A DNA stretch of 64,000 bases from Gammaproteobacteria bacterium (GCA_021773835.1 JAJFJQ010000035.1:183213-247212); one strand, 5' to 3'. Counted from the first letter of the stretch, positions 40,364-50,685 are shown. A program made the numbers and translations. The notes: generated by a model not told the origin, from the sequence alone.

Positions 40364-42042
40364 TCACCCCGGGACAGTTTTTTCGCGTTTTGGCGATCCA
40401 ACGTGTACTCATTCGGCATGGCTTGGATGAGTTGTTATTTACCACACCAATTCTGCGTTCGTTGAGATTTTTGCTGTATCTGCTTCCTTGGAATTGGTTC
40501 CGGGGCAAGCATGGGCCGAGAGCGGACCGCATTAGAATGGTATTGGAGCAACTGGGCCCAATATTTATTAAATTCGGCCAGATACTCTCTACTCGCCGCG
40601 ATTTCCTACCCGATGATATTGCCGAAGAGCTGTCGCAACTTCAGGATAACGTACCACCGTTTCCAGGTGAGCAGGCGCGTGCGATCGTGGAGAAAGCTTA
40701 CGGGTGCCCGGTAGCCGAAGTTTTTGATGATTTCGATGAGAGCCCACTGGCGTCTGCATCGATCGCTCAAGTCCATTCGGCCTCGTTGAAAGATGGTCGC
40801 AAAGTGATCGTGAAAGTTGTGCGGCCGAATATCAAAACTACCATTGAGCGCGATATCGGGTTGATGAGGATACTGGCTAATACTGCCGAACGTTATTCGT
40901 CACAAGGTAGGGAGCTTAATTTACTCGGGGTCGTCGACGAGTTTGAGAAAACTATCCTCGACGAACTCGATATGATGCGCGAAGCTGCAAACGCGTCGCA
41001 GCTACGACGGAATTTTGCCGATTCCGCCAAGATGTATGTGCCCGAAATAGTTTGGTCACTGACGCGTCAAAATGTGATGGTGATGGAACGTGTTTCTGGC
41101 ATCGAGATCGATAAAATCGACGAACTGCGCGCAACAGGTGTCGACCTTCATCAGCTTGCCGAGACTGGGGTGGAAGTATTCTTTACGCAGGTATTTCGCG
41201 ACCATTTTTTCCACGCCGACATCCACCCCGGAAATATTTTTATCAAACCCGGGGAAAACGGCGAACCGGCGATGTACGTACCGGTCGATTTTGGGATCAT
41301 GGGGTCTCTTAGCGAGTTCGATCAACGATATCTTGCGGAAAATTTTTCGGCATTCCTGGATCGAAATTATCGTCGAGTTGCGGAATTGCACGTGGAGTCA
41401 GGCTGGGTCCCAAAGGACACTCGGGTCGATGAGTTTGAGTTTGCGATCCGCACCGTGTGCGAACCGATTTTCGACCGACCGGTGAAGGACATCTCCGTCG
41501 GCGCTCTCCTATTACGTCTATTTCAAACCGCGCGACGATTTCACATGAAGATTCTGCCGCAACTGCTCTTGCTGCAGAAGACAATCGTTAATGTTGAGGG
41601 TATTGGGCGCCAGCTGGATCCTGATTTGGACTTATGGCGTGCAGCTCGTCCACCGTTGGAGGCCTGGATGCGTGACCGTGTTGGCCTGCGATCAGTCTTG
41701 CGCAGTACGCGCCAAAACGTACCGCTGTGGATCGATCGGTTGCCCGAGCTACCGGGGCTTACGTTTGAAATTCTCGATCAGATCCGTAGCGGTCGGATCC
41801 AAGTGGTTAGCGATGATCCGCAACTAAGGGAGATCCGGCGCGAAATTGAGCGGATCCACCGGCGTCTCGTTCTGGCGGTGGTTGGAGTTGGATTGATCAT
41901 CGGGGCAGGGGTACTTAATGGTGTCTCTGTCCAGACCTCCCGCCTGATCGGACCGCTACCACTTAGTGTATGGATCCTGGGTGGGCTTGGGATGGTCGCC
42001 GTGATTGCCGCATTCCGCGGCGCTAAACCCACTGGATTGTAA
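40360..42042 (+). CDS. ubiB: Ubiquinone biosynthesis kinase-like protein
   Basis: Motifs LGPIFIKFGQ.LSTRRD, ASASIAQVH, FHADIHPGN and DFGIMG. Confidence 0.96.
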   Translation: MITPGQFFRVLAIQRVLIRHGLDELLFTTPILRSLRFLLYLLPWNWFRGKHGPRADRIRMVLEQLGPIFIKFGQILSTRRDFLPDDIAEELSQLQDNVPPFPGEQARAIVEKAYGCPVAEVFDDFDESPLASASIAQVHSASLKDGRKVIVKVVRPNIKTTIERDIGLMRILANTAERYSSQGRELNLLGVVDEFEKTILDELDMMREAANASQLRRNFADSAKMYVPEIVWSLTRQNVMVMERVSGIEIDKIDELRATGVDLHQLAETGVEVFFTQVFRDHFFHADIHPGNIFIKPGENGEPAMYVPVDFGIMGSLSEFDQRYLAENFSAFLDRNYRRVAELHVESGWVPKDTRVDEFEFAIRTVCEPIFDRPVKDISVGALLLRLFQTARRFHMKILPQLLLLQKTIVNVEGIGRQLDPDLDLWRAARPPLEAWMRDRVGLRSVLRSTRQNVPLWIDRLPELPGLTFEILDQIRSGRIQVVSDDPQLREIRREIERIHRRLVLAVVGVGLIIGAGVLNGVSVQTSRLIGPLPLSVWILGGLGMVAVIAAFRGAKPTGL

Positions 42043-42795
42043 CGGTGGAGCGCTCGAACCTCCGAAGCCTTGGTACTTTTTAATATATTCGCTCAGCTTC
42101 ACGATCCGGACGCCGGCAGCGGCAGGGTCCCAATTTCGAAATACAGCAAGGCTTAGCGGATGTGGATGGGCGATGCCCAAGGCATGTCCATTTTGTTTGG
42201 CCTTGGCGACTAAATTGTTGAGCTGTTTTTCGATATGTTCTCTCGTCTGAACATTATCCAGAAAAACATCACGAAAACTCGCAGCGATCTGCTCTCGCAC
42301 GGCCCATTTCAGGGCTACGCTGCTACCGGTAGTTCGAGAATCAACAAAGAACAATCCACCGCGTTGACGGATCGCGTGCATTAACCAACGCATATGTTCT
42401 GGCTCACGCGTTAGTCGACTACCCATATGGTTATTGACCCCAACCGCATGAGGAACGGCAGCAATCGATTCGCGGAATGATTTCTCTATTTCATTTTGTG
42501 ACATACCAACGAGCAACGCGCCCGGACCGAGTAGATGATTGTCGTGATCGGCTTCCATTGGGAGATGCACCAGCACGTCTTTGTCGAGCGAGTTGGCCAT
42601 GCGCGCAAGGCCTTTTGCGTGAGGGGAAAACGGTAACATTGCGTAGGCAAACGCATGCGGAATTTCCACCGCCGCGCGACCCGTCTCATAGGAATTTCCG
42701 ATGTCATCGATGATTAACGCTACTTCGGGCGGGTTGGGCGGATCGTTTGAAAATCCAATGCAGCTCGCGATTACAACGGCAGCAACGCTAAACAT
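41956..42795 (-). CDS. Divergent polysaccharide deacetylase family protein (YibQ-like)
   Basis: Motifs ALIIDDIG, VHLPME, GVNNHMGS, FFVDSRT, RDVFLDN and GIAHPHP. Confidence 0.92.
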   Translation of the reverse strand: MFSVAAVVIASCIGFSNDPPNPPEVALIIDDIGNSYETGRAAVEIPHAFAYAMLPFSPHAKGLARMANSLDKDVLVHLPMEADHDNHLLGPGALLVGMSQNEIEKSFRESIAAVPHAVGVNNHMGSRLTREPEHMRWLMHAIRQRGGLFFVDSRTTGSSVALKWAVREQIAASFRDVFLDNVQTREHIEKQLNNLVAKAKQNGHALGIAHPHPLSLAVFRNWDPAAAGVRIVKLSEYIKKYQGFGGSSAPPLQSSGFSAAECGNHGDHPKPTQDPYTKW

Positions 42796-42839
42796 CTACG
42801 GAACCGCATCTCTGTACGCGTTCATGTGCGCGAACAAAC

Positions 42840-44189
42840 TTAGTTACTCGAGCTTCTAGCCTGCAGAATGTTCATCCCTTTGAGCAAGTTTAGGGCTTCA
42901 AATAACTCGAAATCAGAAGCAGCTAATCCATCTTGATTCTCCGACAGCTTCTTTTTAGTTTTCGGATCGTTGTCTGGATCGTTTTCAAGGTGTCCGGTGA
43001 GATTAGCTTCTTTAACAATAGCGGACCGTGAAACTTCAATTGAAGATAGTTTAACTTTATCAATCAAGATGTCGGGAACGATTCCTTCGGCTTGAATCGA
43101 ACGTCCCGACGGCGTGAAATATCGCGCGGTGGTGAGTTTTAGCGCAGCGTCATTATTCATCGGTAGGATCGTTTGTACTGATCCTTTGCCGAATGAACGC
43201 CGGCCCATAATGATCGCACGCTTTTGGTCTTGCAGCGCACCCGCAACGATCTCGGAGGCGGATGCAGATCCTTCATTGACTAGAACGACAAGTGGCGCGC
43301 CATCGATTAAGTCCGGTGGCTTGGCGTTGAATTCTAGTTCCGCGTCTTGTGCGCGTCCCTCGGTGTAGACGATCCGGCCCTCATTGAGAAATGCATCGGA
43401 CACCGCCACCGCGGCGCCGAGAACACCGCCGGGATTATTTCTCATGTCTAATATGACCCCTTTCAATCCGTTAGGGGCCTTACTTTTAAGCTCCTTGAGT
43501 TGTTTTTGTAGCGTGTCGCCAGTGCGAGACTGAAAGGCTGAAACTCGGATATAGGCGTAACCTGGTTCTAAGAAGCGGCTTTTAACGCTCTTGATCTTGA
43601 TCACGTCTCGCACGATGGTCAATTCCAATGGCTTATCTTCACCGTCTCGAATTATCGAAAGTACAATTTTGGTGCCCGATTTGCCGCGCATCATTTTCAC
43701 AGCTTCGTTCAAACTCAGACCTTTGACAGGTGTGTCGTCGAGCCGAACGATTACATCGCCGGCCTCTACGCCAGCACGTTGAGCCGGGGTGTCATCAATC
43801 GGCGCAATAACCTTTAGAAACCCATTTTCCGTTCCGACCTCAATTCCGAGGCCGCCAAATTCTCCGGTAGTTCCTTGCTGAAGCGAAAGGTAGCCTTCGG
43901 CGTCTAGATATGACGAATGCGGATCAAGGCCTGCGAGCATTCCGCGGACCGCATTCTCGAGGAGATCTTTATCGCTTATTGGTTCAACGTAGTCCTTCTT
44001 AATTTTGTGAAAAACCTCGACAAGTATCCGAATGTCATCGAGCGGGATTACGTCGGCCTTGCCGGCTTGTTCCACCTGCGTTGGTGGTTCGCTCGTGGCA
44101 CTTTCCGCACAAAACGCCGGTTGGCAGATGCAGGCGAGGACGACTAAGGCGGATATTTTCGTCAGACTATTTTTTGTATTGATAACCAT
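42840..44189 (-). CDS. ctpA: Carboxy-terminal processing protease, S41 family (CtpA)
   Basis: LDPHS.YL, GLGIEV PDZ, D.RNNPGG.L, SASASEIVAGALQD and SFGKGSVQ; likely start ATG 44189. Confidence 0.93.
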   Translation of the reverse strand: MVINTKNSLTKISALVVLACICQPAFCAESATSEPPTQVEQAGKADVIPLDDIRILVEVFHKIKKDYVEPISDKDLLENAVRGMLAGLDPHSSYLDAEGYLSLQQGTTGEFGGLGIEVGTENGFLKVIAPIDDTPAQRAGVEAGDVIVRLDDTPVKGLSLNEAVKMMRGKSGTKIVLSIIRDGEDKPLELTIVRDVIKIKSVKSRFLEPGYAYIRVSAFQSRTGDTLQKQLKELKSKAPNGLKGVILDMRNNPGGVLGAAVAVSDAFLNEGRIVYTEGRAQDAELEFNAKPPDLIDGAPLVVLVNEGSASASEIVAGALQDQKRAIIMGRRSFGKGSVQTILPMNNDAALKLTTARYFTPSGRSIQAEGIVPDILIDKVKLSSIEVSRSAIVKEANLTGHLENDPDNDPKTKKKLSENQDGLAASDFELFEALNLLKGMNILQARSSSN

Positions 44190-44331
44190 CTCCTTGGGCC
44201 GCTTCACAGTCGAACCCACAGCGCGATCGCCTTGCGATTCAATGCCAATTCCATAGGCGGCAATTTTCCAGAATAGTGACATCAAGTACCCCTTCTTACG
44301 AATTATGCAGGCATTTAAAGATTATTGACCG

Positions 44332-45525
44332 TTAGTTCTTACACCACTTTCGTGGGTCCTGAGGCATACCGTTTTGTCGGATCTCGAAATACAAGCCGGA
44401 ACTACTGCGCCCGCCCGTGTCACCAACGGTTGCGACAGCTTCGCCCGCCGATACCGAATCACCGCTCTCTTTGTACAACTCCTGGTTGTGGCCGTAAAGG
44501 CTCATGTAACCATCCCCGTGATCAATAATCACCAATAGACCTAAGTTTCTAAACCAATCCGCAAATGCAACCTGGCCGTCGGCGACTGCTGTAACTACTG
44601 TTCCGGGATCAGACTCAATAATAACCCCGCTCCATTTCGCGCCGCCTTCGCGCATTGCCCCACCGGGCGCTTTTGCGATGCGGCCGGCCGTTGGCCAGTC
44701 CAGGTGGCCCTTTAAACCGCCAAACGGCGCGTGGCTTTCGGGCGCGGCGAAGACACTTTCGGTTACGTCATCAACTAGCCGTGTGAGCTGAACTTCATCG
44801 TCACGCAACTGCTCCAAGGCGTGCTCGTTTTCCTTTACAAGCAATTCAAGTGTTTTCGCCACTTGTCTGCGGCGCTCTAGGTTTTCGTTAAGTTCGACAG
44901 ATTGCTCTTCAGCCTGGTTACGCATGAGTCGAAGCCTCGACGCCTCCAACTTGAGCGCTGCTTCAACACCGCGAATTTGGCCGATTTCGGTGGATTGCTT
45001 TGTTAAGTTTTGATTATTGGCCGTAGCGATGTAGTCGAAAAACGTAAGTTGTCGCTGCAACCTTGAGATGTGCGTGTTGTTCAGCAATATTTTTAGCTTT
45101 GGCTGTCGCCACAGCATATACCGGGCGAGGAGCGTTTTCTTCATCGCCTCTGTTGTTGCGTCATAAGCGCGGTTTAATCGATCACGCTGTGCCCGTAATG
45201 AGTCAATTCGCTTAGATTTAGCCTCCAGTTCCAACCGAAATTTCTCTTTCTGTTGGCGCGCACCGTGCAGTCGACGTTCAATTTCCGTGATTTCTTCCCG
45301 TGCAGTCTTAAATTTCACTGCTTCGTTGGCAATAGAGACTTCCAGTCGATCAATTCGTTTGCGAACGTCTTGTAGATCGGCTGATGGTGCGTTTTGGGCA
45401 AGTGTTTGATTGGCGAGGCTGGAAAGAATCACTAAGGCGAGCGCGCGACTTATGCTGTCCCATATTGGCGTTTGATCCACGAGATTGATGCGTTCTCGTG
45501 ATTTGCCGCAGATCGCAATATTCAT
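44332..45525 (-). CDS. envC: Murein hydrolase activator EnvC (coiled coil plus M23-like domain)
   Basis: Long coiled coil, KG.L.WP..G and DHGDGYMSLYGHNQ...LYFEIR. Confidence 0.9.
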   Translation of the reverse strand: MNIAICGKSRERINLVDQTPIWDSISRALALVILSSLANQTLAQNAPSADLQDVRKRIDRLEVSIANEAVKFKTAREEITEIERRLHGARQQKEKFRLELEAKSKRIDSLRAQRDRLNRAYDATTEAMKKTLLARYMLWRQPKLKILLNNTHISRLQRQLTFFDYIATANNQNLTKQSTEIGQIRGVEAALKLEASRLRLMRNQAEEQSVELNENLERRRQVAKTLELLVKENEHALEQLRDDEVQLTRLVDDVTESVFAAPESHAPFGGLKGHLDWPTAGRIAKAPGGAMREGGAKWSGVIIESDPGTVVTAVADGQVAFADWFRNLGLLVIIDHGDGYMSLYGHNQELYKESGDSVSAGEAVATVGDTGGRSSSGLYFEIRQNGMPQDPRKWCKN

Positions 45526-45648
45526 TAAGCCATATTCTAGCAGTACCTCCGATCGAAACTATTGACTTGAGCGTGCGCGCCAATGATTAGAAGTTGTGGG
45601 CATACAAAATGCGGATGGCGGGTCGGATCGAGGGAGTGCTGCCGCTGA

Positions 45649-47208
45649 TTACTCGCTGTCAGATAGAGTCACTAAGGACTCCCCGGTCATCTCGGCCGGG
45701 ATTTCGACTCCCATCAACGATAGCATCGTCGGTGCTATATCGCTCAGACATCCGTTTGGTGTGATCCGGGCTCGGCGACCAATATATACCAGAGGTACAA
45801 GATTACTGGTATGAGCTGTGTGTGCTTGCTCATTTCCATCGCCTGACGACCGCATTTTTTCCGCATTGCCATGATCCGCCGTGATCAACACCTCAAGGCC
45901 AGATTCTTGCGCCGCGGAAACTATCTTTTCCAGGCAATCATCCAAGGTCTCAATACAGCGAATCGTCGCTTCAAAATTTCCCGTATGGCCGACCATGTCC
46001 GCATTCGCGTAATTGCATATTATTGCATCATAGGTCTTGGATCTTATTTCTTTAACGAGTCTCGCCGTTAATTCTCCGGCGCTCATCTCGGGTTTGAGAT
46101 CGTAGGTTGCAACGTCTGGCGATTGGATCAAGATGCGTTCCTCACCTGCGCTTATTTTTTCTCGACCACCGTTGAAAAAGAAGGTCACGTGCGCGTACTT
46201 TTCTGTCTCCGCGATTCGTAGCTGACGCAGTCCTTGCGTTGCCACCCAATCGCCAAACGTGTTGGACAATGTCTCTTGCGGAAACGCGACTGGAACGTCG
46301 AAACTTGCACTGTAATCGGTCATCGTGATGAACGAATCGATAGCGACGGTCCTGCTACGCCTAAATTCAGCAAACTTTGGATCGATAAACGCTCGAGTCA
46401 GTTGGCGTGCGCGATCCGCGCGAAAATTCGCAAAAACGATTAAATCCCCATCTTCGACTTCGACCGCACGACCACCATCAGCAACGACAGTCGTCGCTTG
46501 CACGAATTCATCGCTCTCGTCCCGCTTGTATGCCTCGTTTAAGCCTTGTTCCGGGTCGTTCGATTCATGCAATCCTCGACCCGAGACGATAAGTTCGTAT
46601 GCCGCTTGCGTTCTGTCCCAGTTGTTATTGCGATCCATTGCGTAATAGCGACCAACAATGCTGGCGATTTGACCAACCCCGGAAGCTTTGCACGCTTGTT
46701 GTACGCGCTGAATAGAATGCATAGCGCTCTTCGGAGGCGTATCGCGGCCGTCCAGAAAGGCGTGCAGGTAGACTCGTTGCACATTGGTTTGTTGCGCGAG
46801 ATCGAATAAGGCGAGCAGGTGATCCTCGTGGCTATGAACGCCACCTGGGGATAGGAGCCCAAAAATATGCACGGCCCGGCTGTTCGTTGCGGCTCGCTCG
46901 AATGCCGGTTTAAGCACGGAATTGGAGAAAAACTCCCGTTCGACAATCGCTCTCGAAATGCGTGTGAAGTCTTGGTTCACCGTGCGTCCTGCACCGAGGT
47001 GCATGTGTCCAACCTCTGAGTTCCCCATTTGCTGGTCGGGTAATCCAACATCGTTCCCCGAACAACGAATTAGTGAGTGCGGTTGATCGCGCCATAAGCG
47101 ATCCCAAGTATGCGTCGTCGCTTTGTGGATCGCGTTGTACTCGGTATCCTCGCTATGGCCCCAGCCGTCCAGCACGACTAACATGACAGGATGGTCGACA
47201 GTACTCAT
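45649..47208 (-). CDS. gpmI: 2,3-bisphosphoglycerate-independent phosphoglycerate mutase
   Basis: Motifs LDGWG, QMGNSEVGH, ETEKYAHVTFF, NADMVGHTG and TADHGN. Confidence 0.98.
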   Translation of the reverse strand: MSTVDHPVMLVVLDGWGHSEDTEYNAIHKATTHTWDRLWRDQPHSLIRCSGNDVGLPDQQMGNSEVGHMHLGAGRTVNQDFTRISRAIVEREFFSNSVLKPAFERAATNSRAVHIFGLLSPGGVHSHEDHLLALFDLAQQTNVQRVYLHAFLDGRDTPPKSAMHSIQRVQQACKASGVGQIASIVGRYYAMDRNNNWDRTQAAYELIVSGRGLHESNDPEQGLNEAYKRDESDEFVQATTVVADGGRAVEVEDGDLIVFANFRADRARQLTRAFIDPKFAEFRRSRTVAIDSFITMTDYSASFDVPVAFPQETLSNTFGDWVATQGLRQLRIAETEKYAHVTFFFNGGREKISAGEERILIQSPDVATYDLKPEMSAGELTARLVKEIRSKTYDAIICNYANADMVGHTGNFEATIRCIETLDDCLEKIVSAAQESGLEVLITADHGNAEKMRSSGDGNEQAHTAHTSNLVPLVYIGRRARITPNGCLSDIAPTMLSLMGVEIPAEMTGESLVTLSDSE

Positions 47209-47415
47209 TATTTCCTCGGCGAGATGTACTCATGTTGTCGCCGAAATCGTAGTATCTCGGCATTATTCGTTGGAGATTTCAATCGGTAGTAGCGGGCGAA
47301 GGTGTTAATTCAGCGCTGATTACGAAAGATTTGCAGTGTATCATATCCAACCCTACGCCTTGCTCCCGGTATAGCAAATTTAACTCGCAGCCTAGTAACG
47401 CAGTAACTAATTACC

Positions 47416-47835
47416 ATGACGCAATTCATCGAATTCGCCGGCAACCATTTGATCCTGGTTGGCGCCTTTGTTTTTATCTCGGTCATGCTCGTAATCAACG
47501 TATTACAAGGGGGTGGAGCGAAAGCAGTCCTGCCGATTCAAGCCGTTCAAATGCTCAATAGAGATGATGCGTTGATGTTGGATATTCGAAGTGCTTCAGA
47601 ATTTGAAGCTGGCCATGTCATCAATGCGCGGAACATCCCCGCGGCAGATCTGAAATCTAAAATCGGTGAGCTAAATAAATTTAAGGATCGACCGATTGTC
47701 GTGTGCTGTGCGACTGGGACTTCTGCGGGCGCTGCGATCCGTGAATTGTCGAATGCAGGATTCGAACAATTACACAGTTTGAAAGGCGGCATCTCGGCAT
47801 GGCGAAATGACAATTTACCCTTAACATCAACCTAG
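47416..47835 (+). CDS. Rhodanese-like domain membrane protein
   Basis: N-terminal TM, D.R...EF..GH...A.NIP, VCCATG and LKGG...W. Confidence 0.9.
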   Translation: MTQFIEFAGNHLILVGAFVFISVMLVINVLQGGGAKAVLPIQAVQMLNRDDALMLDIRSASEFEAGHVINARNIPAADLKSKIGELNKFKDRPIVVCCATGTSAGAAIRELSNAGFEQLHSLKGGISAWRNDNLPLTST

Positions 47836-47860
47836 CACACGACAATTAATCAGGTGATAC

Positions 47861-48349
47861 ATGGCAGACGATATTTCTGCGGCTAACTCAGAGCAGCAAG
47901 CGAATACTGGTCAACTAGCGATCCAGAAAATCTACGTAAAGGATCTGTCTTTCGAGGCACCGAATACGCCGGCGGTGTTTACAGAAAAACTGAATCCCGC
48001 GGTGGACATCCACTTTTCCAACGAAACATTGGAGCTAGGCGAGAAGCAGCATGAGGTTGCCCTATCGGTCACTGTCACGGTGAAGCAAGAAGAGCGCACG
48101 ATTTACCTAGTCGAAGTGAAGCAGGCCGGTATCTTTACCATCGATGGGTTTTCGAGTGAGCACTTATCGGCAATATTGGCAACAGCGTGTCCAAACATTC
48201 TCTTCCCGTACGCCCGAGAGGTGGTTTCAGACATCGTAACAAAAGGCGGCTTTCCACAAATTCTACTCGCGCCGGTAAATTTTGATGTGTTGTATGCGCA
48301 AGAATTGCAACGTCAACAGCAAGCAGAATCTAATCCGTCAACACACTAA
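47861..48349 (+). CDS. secB: Protein-export chaperone SecB
   Basis: Motifs IQKIYVKDLSFEAP and CPNILFPYARE. Confidence 0.97.
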   Translation: MADDISAANSEQQANTGQLAIQKIYVKDLSFEAPNTPAVFTEKLNPAVDIHFSNETLELGEKQHEVALSVTVTVKQEERTIYLVEVKQAGIFTIDGFSSEHLSAILATACPNILFPYAREVVSDIVTKGGFPQILLAPVNFDVLYAQELQRQQQAESNPSTH

Positions 48350-48418
48350 ACAGATTTGCGCACCGCAGGCAATTTTACTAGTTGATCGCAGACGTGCTCG
48401 GTAGCGATACCTAATCTT

Positions 48419-49441
48419 ATGGCTAATCGATCGCGAGTTTTAGTGCTTGGAGCGGGTGCTTGGGGTACCGCGCTCGCGCTCGCGCTTACCCGCAACAATA
48501 GCAACGAAGTATTTCTGTGGGGGCGCGATGGTGCCGCCATCGAAGCAATGCGACATGCTGAGATGAACGAGCGCTATTTGCCGGAGATTTCGTTGCCGGC
48601 ACAATTAAACTTGATAGCCGATGATGACTATCCGGCGGGTACGGAAATCGTAGTTGCGGCAATCCCGTTTCAGACTTTGCGCGGAGTGTTAGGAGGTTTC
48701 ATTTCGAAAATGGGCCCGCCTAAGGTGATCGCATGTGCTTGCAAGGGAATTGAAAAGGATAGCTTTCTGCGCGCCGATCAAATCGTCAGCGATCTCTGTT
48801 CTGATGGCACTACCTTCGCCATGCTCTCAGGTCCAAACTTCGCGCTTGAGGTAGCACGCGCGCTGCCGGCGGCGATGACTATCGCAACCGAAGATCATAA
48901 TTGGGGCCGTGAGTTGGTTAACCGCTTTCATTCGAATTCGTTTCGACCGTATTTCAGCGCCGACGTTATTGGCGTCGAAATTGGCGGGGCAATCAAAAAC
49001 GTAATGGCGATCGCTGCAGGAATTTGCGATGGGCTGAACTTGGGTGCTAATAGTCGGGCGGCGCTCATCACGCGCGGCCTGGCGGAAATCAGCCGTTTTG
49101 GTATCGCGCAAGGTGGGCAGATCGAGACGTTTATGGGCCTTTCCGGTCTGGGTGACCTAGTCCTAACCTGTACCGACGACAAGTCCCGTAACAGGCGCTT
49201 TGGACTCCAGTTAGCGGCTGGGTTAAATGTCAAAGAGGCGATCGAGAAAATCGGGCTGGTGGAGGGCGCGACAACAGCTACGGCATTGGTGGCGCTGGCG
49301 CGGCAGCTGAAAATTGATATGCCGATTTCCGAAGAGGTAGCCGCGACAATTGCTGGTACAACGACGCCGGAGCAGGCCGTTCGAAACTTACTCGCCCGAG
49401 ATCCGGTGGCAGAATCGACAGGGCTTAAGCTACCCCAGTAG
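48419..49441 (+). CDS. gpsA: NAD(P)H-dependent glycerol-3-phosphate dehydrogenase
   Basis: Motifs GAGAWGTAL, SGPNFA.EV, GGAIKNV.AIA.G and GLGDLVLTCT...SRN. Confidence 0.97.
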   Translation: MANRSRVLVLGAGAWGTALALALTRNNSNEVFLWGRDGAAIEAMRHAEMNERYLPEISLPAQLNLIADDDYPAGTEIVVAAIPFQTLRGVLGGFISKMGPPKVIACACKGIEKDSFLRADQIVSDLCSDGTTFAMLSGPNFALEVARALPAAMTIATEDHNWGRELVNRFHSNSFRPYFSADVIGVEIGGAIKNVMAIAAGICDGLNLGANSRAALITRGLAEISRFGIAQGGQIETFMGLSGLGDLVLTCTDDKSRNRRFGLQLAAGLNVKEAIEKIGLVEGATTATALVALARQLKIDMPISEEVAATIAGTTTPEQAVRNLLARDPVAESTGLKLPQ

Positions 49442-49636
49442 TAGAATTGCGCAGAAGGCGCGGCGCCAAATTTTCTGCTCGCGCGCGAGGCATTGTGCGC
49501 CAGATCACAAACTCGTGCTGGCGTCTTAAGTTCTCCTAGCAAGCAGCCGATCAGGATCGCGTGAAATCCGCGAAGTGCATTCCACCAGGCCCTTGTGGCG
49601 CCAATTCGTAGTTCTAGTCGCTAAAGGAGTAGCAAA

Positions 49637-50098
49637 TTGATATATCGTGGACAAAAATCTATAACCCCTCTGATCGTCGTTGCTAGCGTGATTGGATTGT
49701 TAGTGGTGGCTGCAAATGAGCGGGTTGCCGCTCTAGAAGCACAAAGACGCTCACTTGCGATAAACGGCCTCGCCGGTAGTGTACGCAGTGCCGCCGCCCT
49801 TGCGCATGCAAAATGGATGTCTGAAGGATCCAATTCAACTGCAGTTAATCTCGACAATAAGCAAACAATTGAAATTGACCTTTTGACAGGATACCCAAGC
49901 GCAAACAGCACTGGTATTCGGGGGGTGATGCCCAATATTGTCGGATTCTATGGGATCGATAGTGGGGCGAGCTATGTTTTCTCCCTCGTCGGCGTGTCAG
50001 CCAGTGCATGCAACGTCACCTATTCAGTTGGGAAAGTGGCCGGAGAGCCGCCGCGGGTTACCGTGAGGAACAACAAGAACGGCGGTGATTGCAGTTAA
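49637..50098 (+). CDS. MSHA/type IV pilin-like protein with degenerate prepilin N-terminus
   Basis: AAGGAG SD 7 nt before TTG; hydrophobic N-helix; GLAGSVRSAAALAHAK, GYPSA...GI and C-terminal Cys pair typical of MshA/MshB-like pilins. Confidence 0.65.
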   Translation: MIYRGQKSITPLIVVASVIGLLVVAANERVAALEAQRRSLAINGLAGSVRSAAALAHAKWMSEGSNSTAVNLDNKQTIEIDLLTGYPSANSTGIRGVMPNIVGFYGIDSGASYVFSLVGVSASACNVTYSVGKVAGEPPRVTVRNNKNGGDCS

Positions 50099-50214
50099 CT
50101 ATCTTGGCGCCCTTGTGACCCGATAGTGTGTTTTCAGTTTCCCGATTGCCGCGGCACCGGTAAATCGTCGATTTAATCCATTTGTCGCTAACCTACAATC
50201 CACTCCGCTATTAT

Positions 50215-50685
50215 TTAGACCTTTATTAGATCGCCGAAGCCGCATTGTCGCCAAGCCTCATAGATCACGACCGCAACGGTATTAGATAAATTCAAACTCC
50301 GGCTCGATTCAATCATCGGTACACGTAACAAACGCTCGGGAGCGAAGGAATCCCGGATCGGGATTGGCAGTCCGCGCGTCTCCGGTCCGAACAAGAATAC
50401 ATCTCCCTGCTGAAAACGCACGTCGAAAAAATTCAAATTCGCATGTGTCGAAAGCGCGAATACGCGTTGCCCGACCGTTGTCGCCGAGAACTTAGGATAA
50501 TCCACATGCGTAATGATCGAGGCGTACTCGTGATAATCGAGTCCAGCCCGTTTCAGTTCGCGGTCGTCAAGCGAAAATCCAAGCGGTTCTATTAGATGCA
50601 ATGCCGATCCGGTGTTCGCACAAAGGCGTATAATATTTCCTGTGTTCGGTGGGATTTCGGGTTCGAATAGTGCGACTTGGAACAT
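50215..50685 (-). CDS. trmL: tRNA (cytidine34-2'-O)-methyltransferase
   Basis: LFEPEIPPNTGNIIRLCANT, RAGLDY, FGPETRGLP and RSLNLSN; ATG 50685. Confidence 0.96.
   Translation of the reverse strand: MFQVALFEPEIPPNTGNIIRLCANTGSALHLIEPLGFSLDDRELKRAGLDYHEYASIITHVDYPKFSATTVGQRVFALSTHANLNFFDVRFQQGDVFLFGPETRGLPIPIRDSFAPERLLRVPMIESSRSLNLSNTVAVVIYEAWRQCGFGDLIKV

Noticed and set aside
49595-49612. TGGCGC as a possible sigma54 -24 element before the pilin-like gene
   Set aside because: There is no TTGC at the -12 position.
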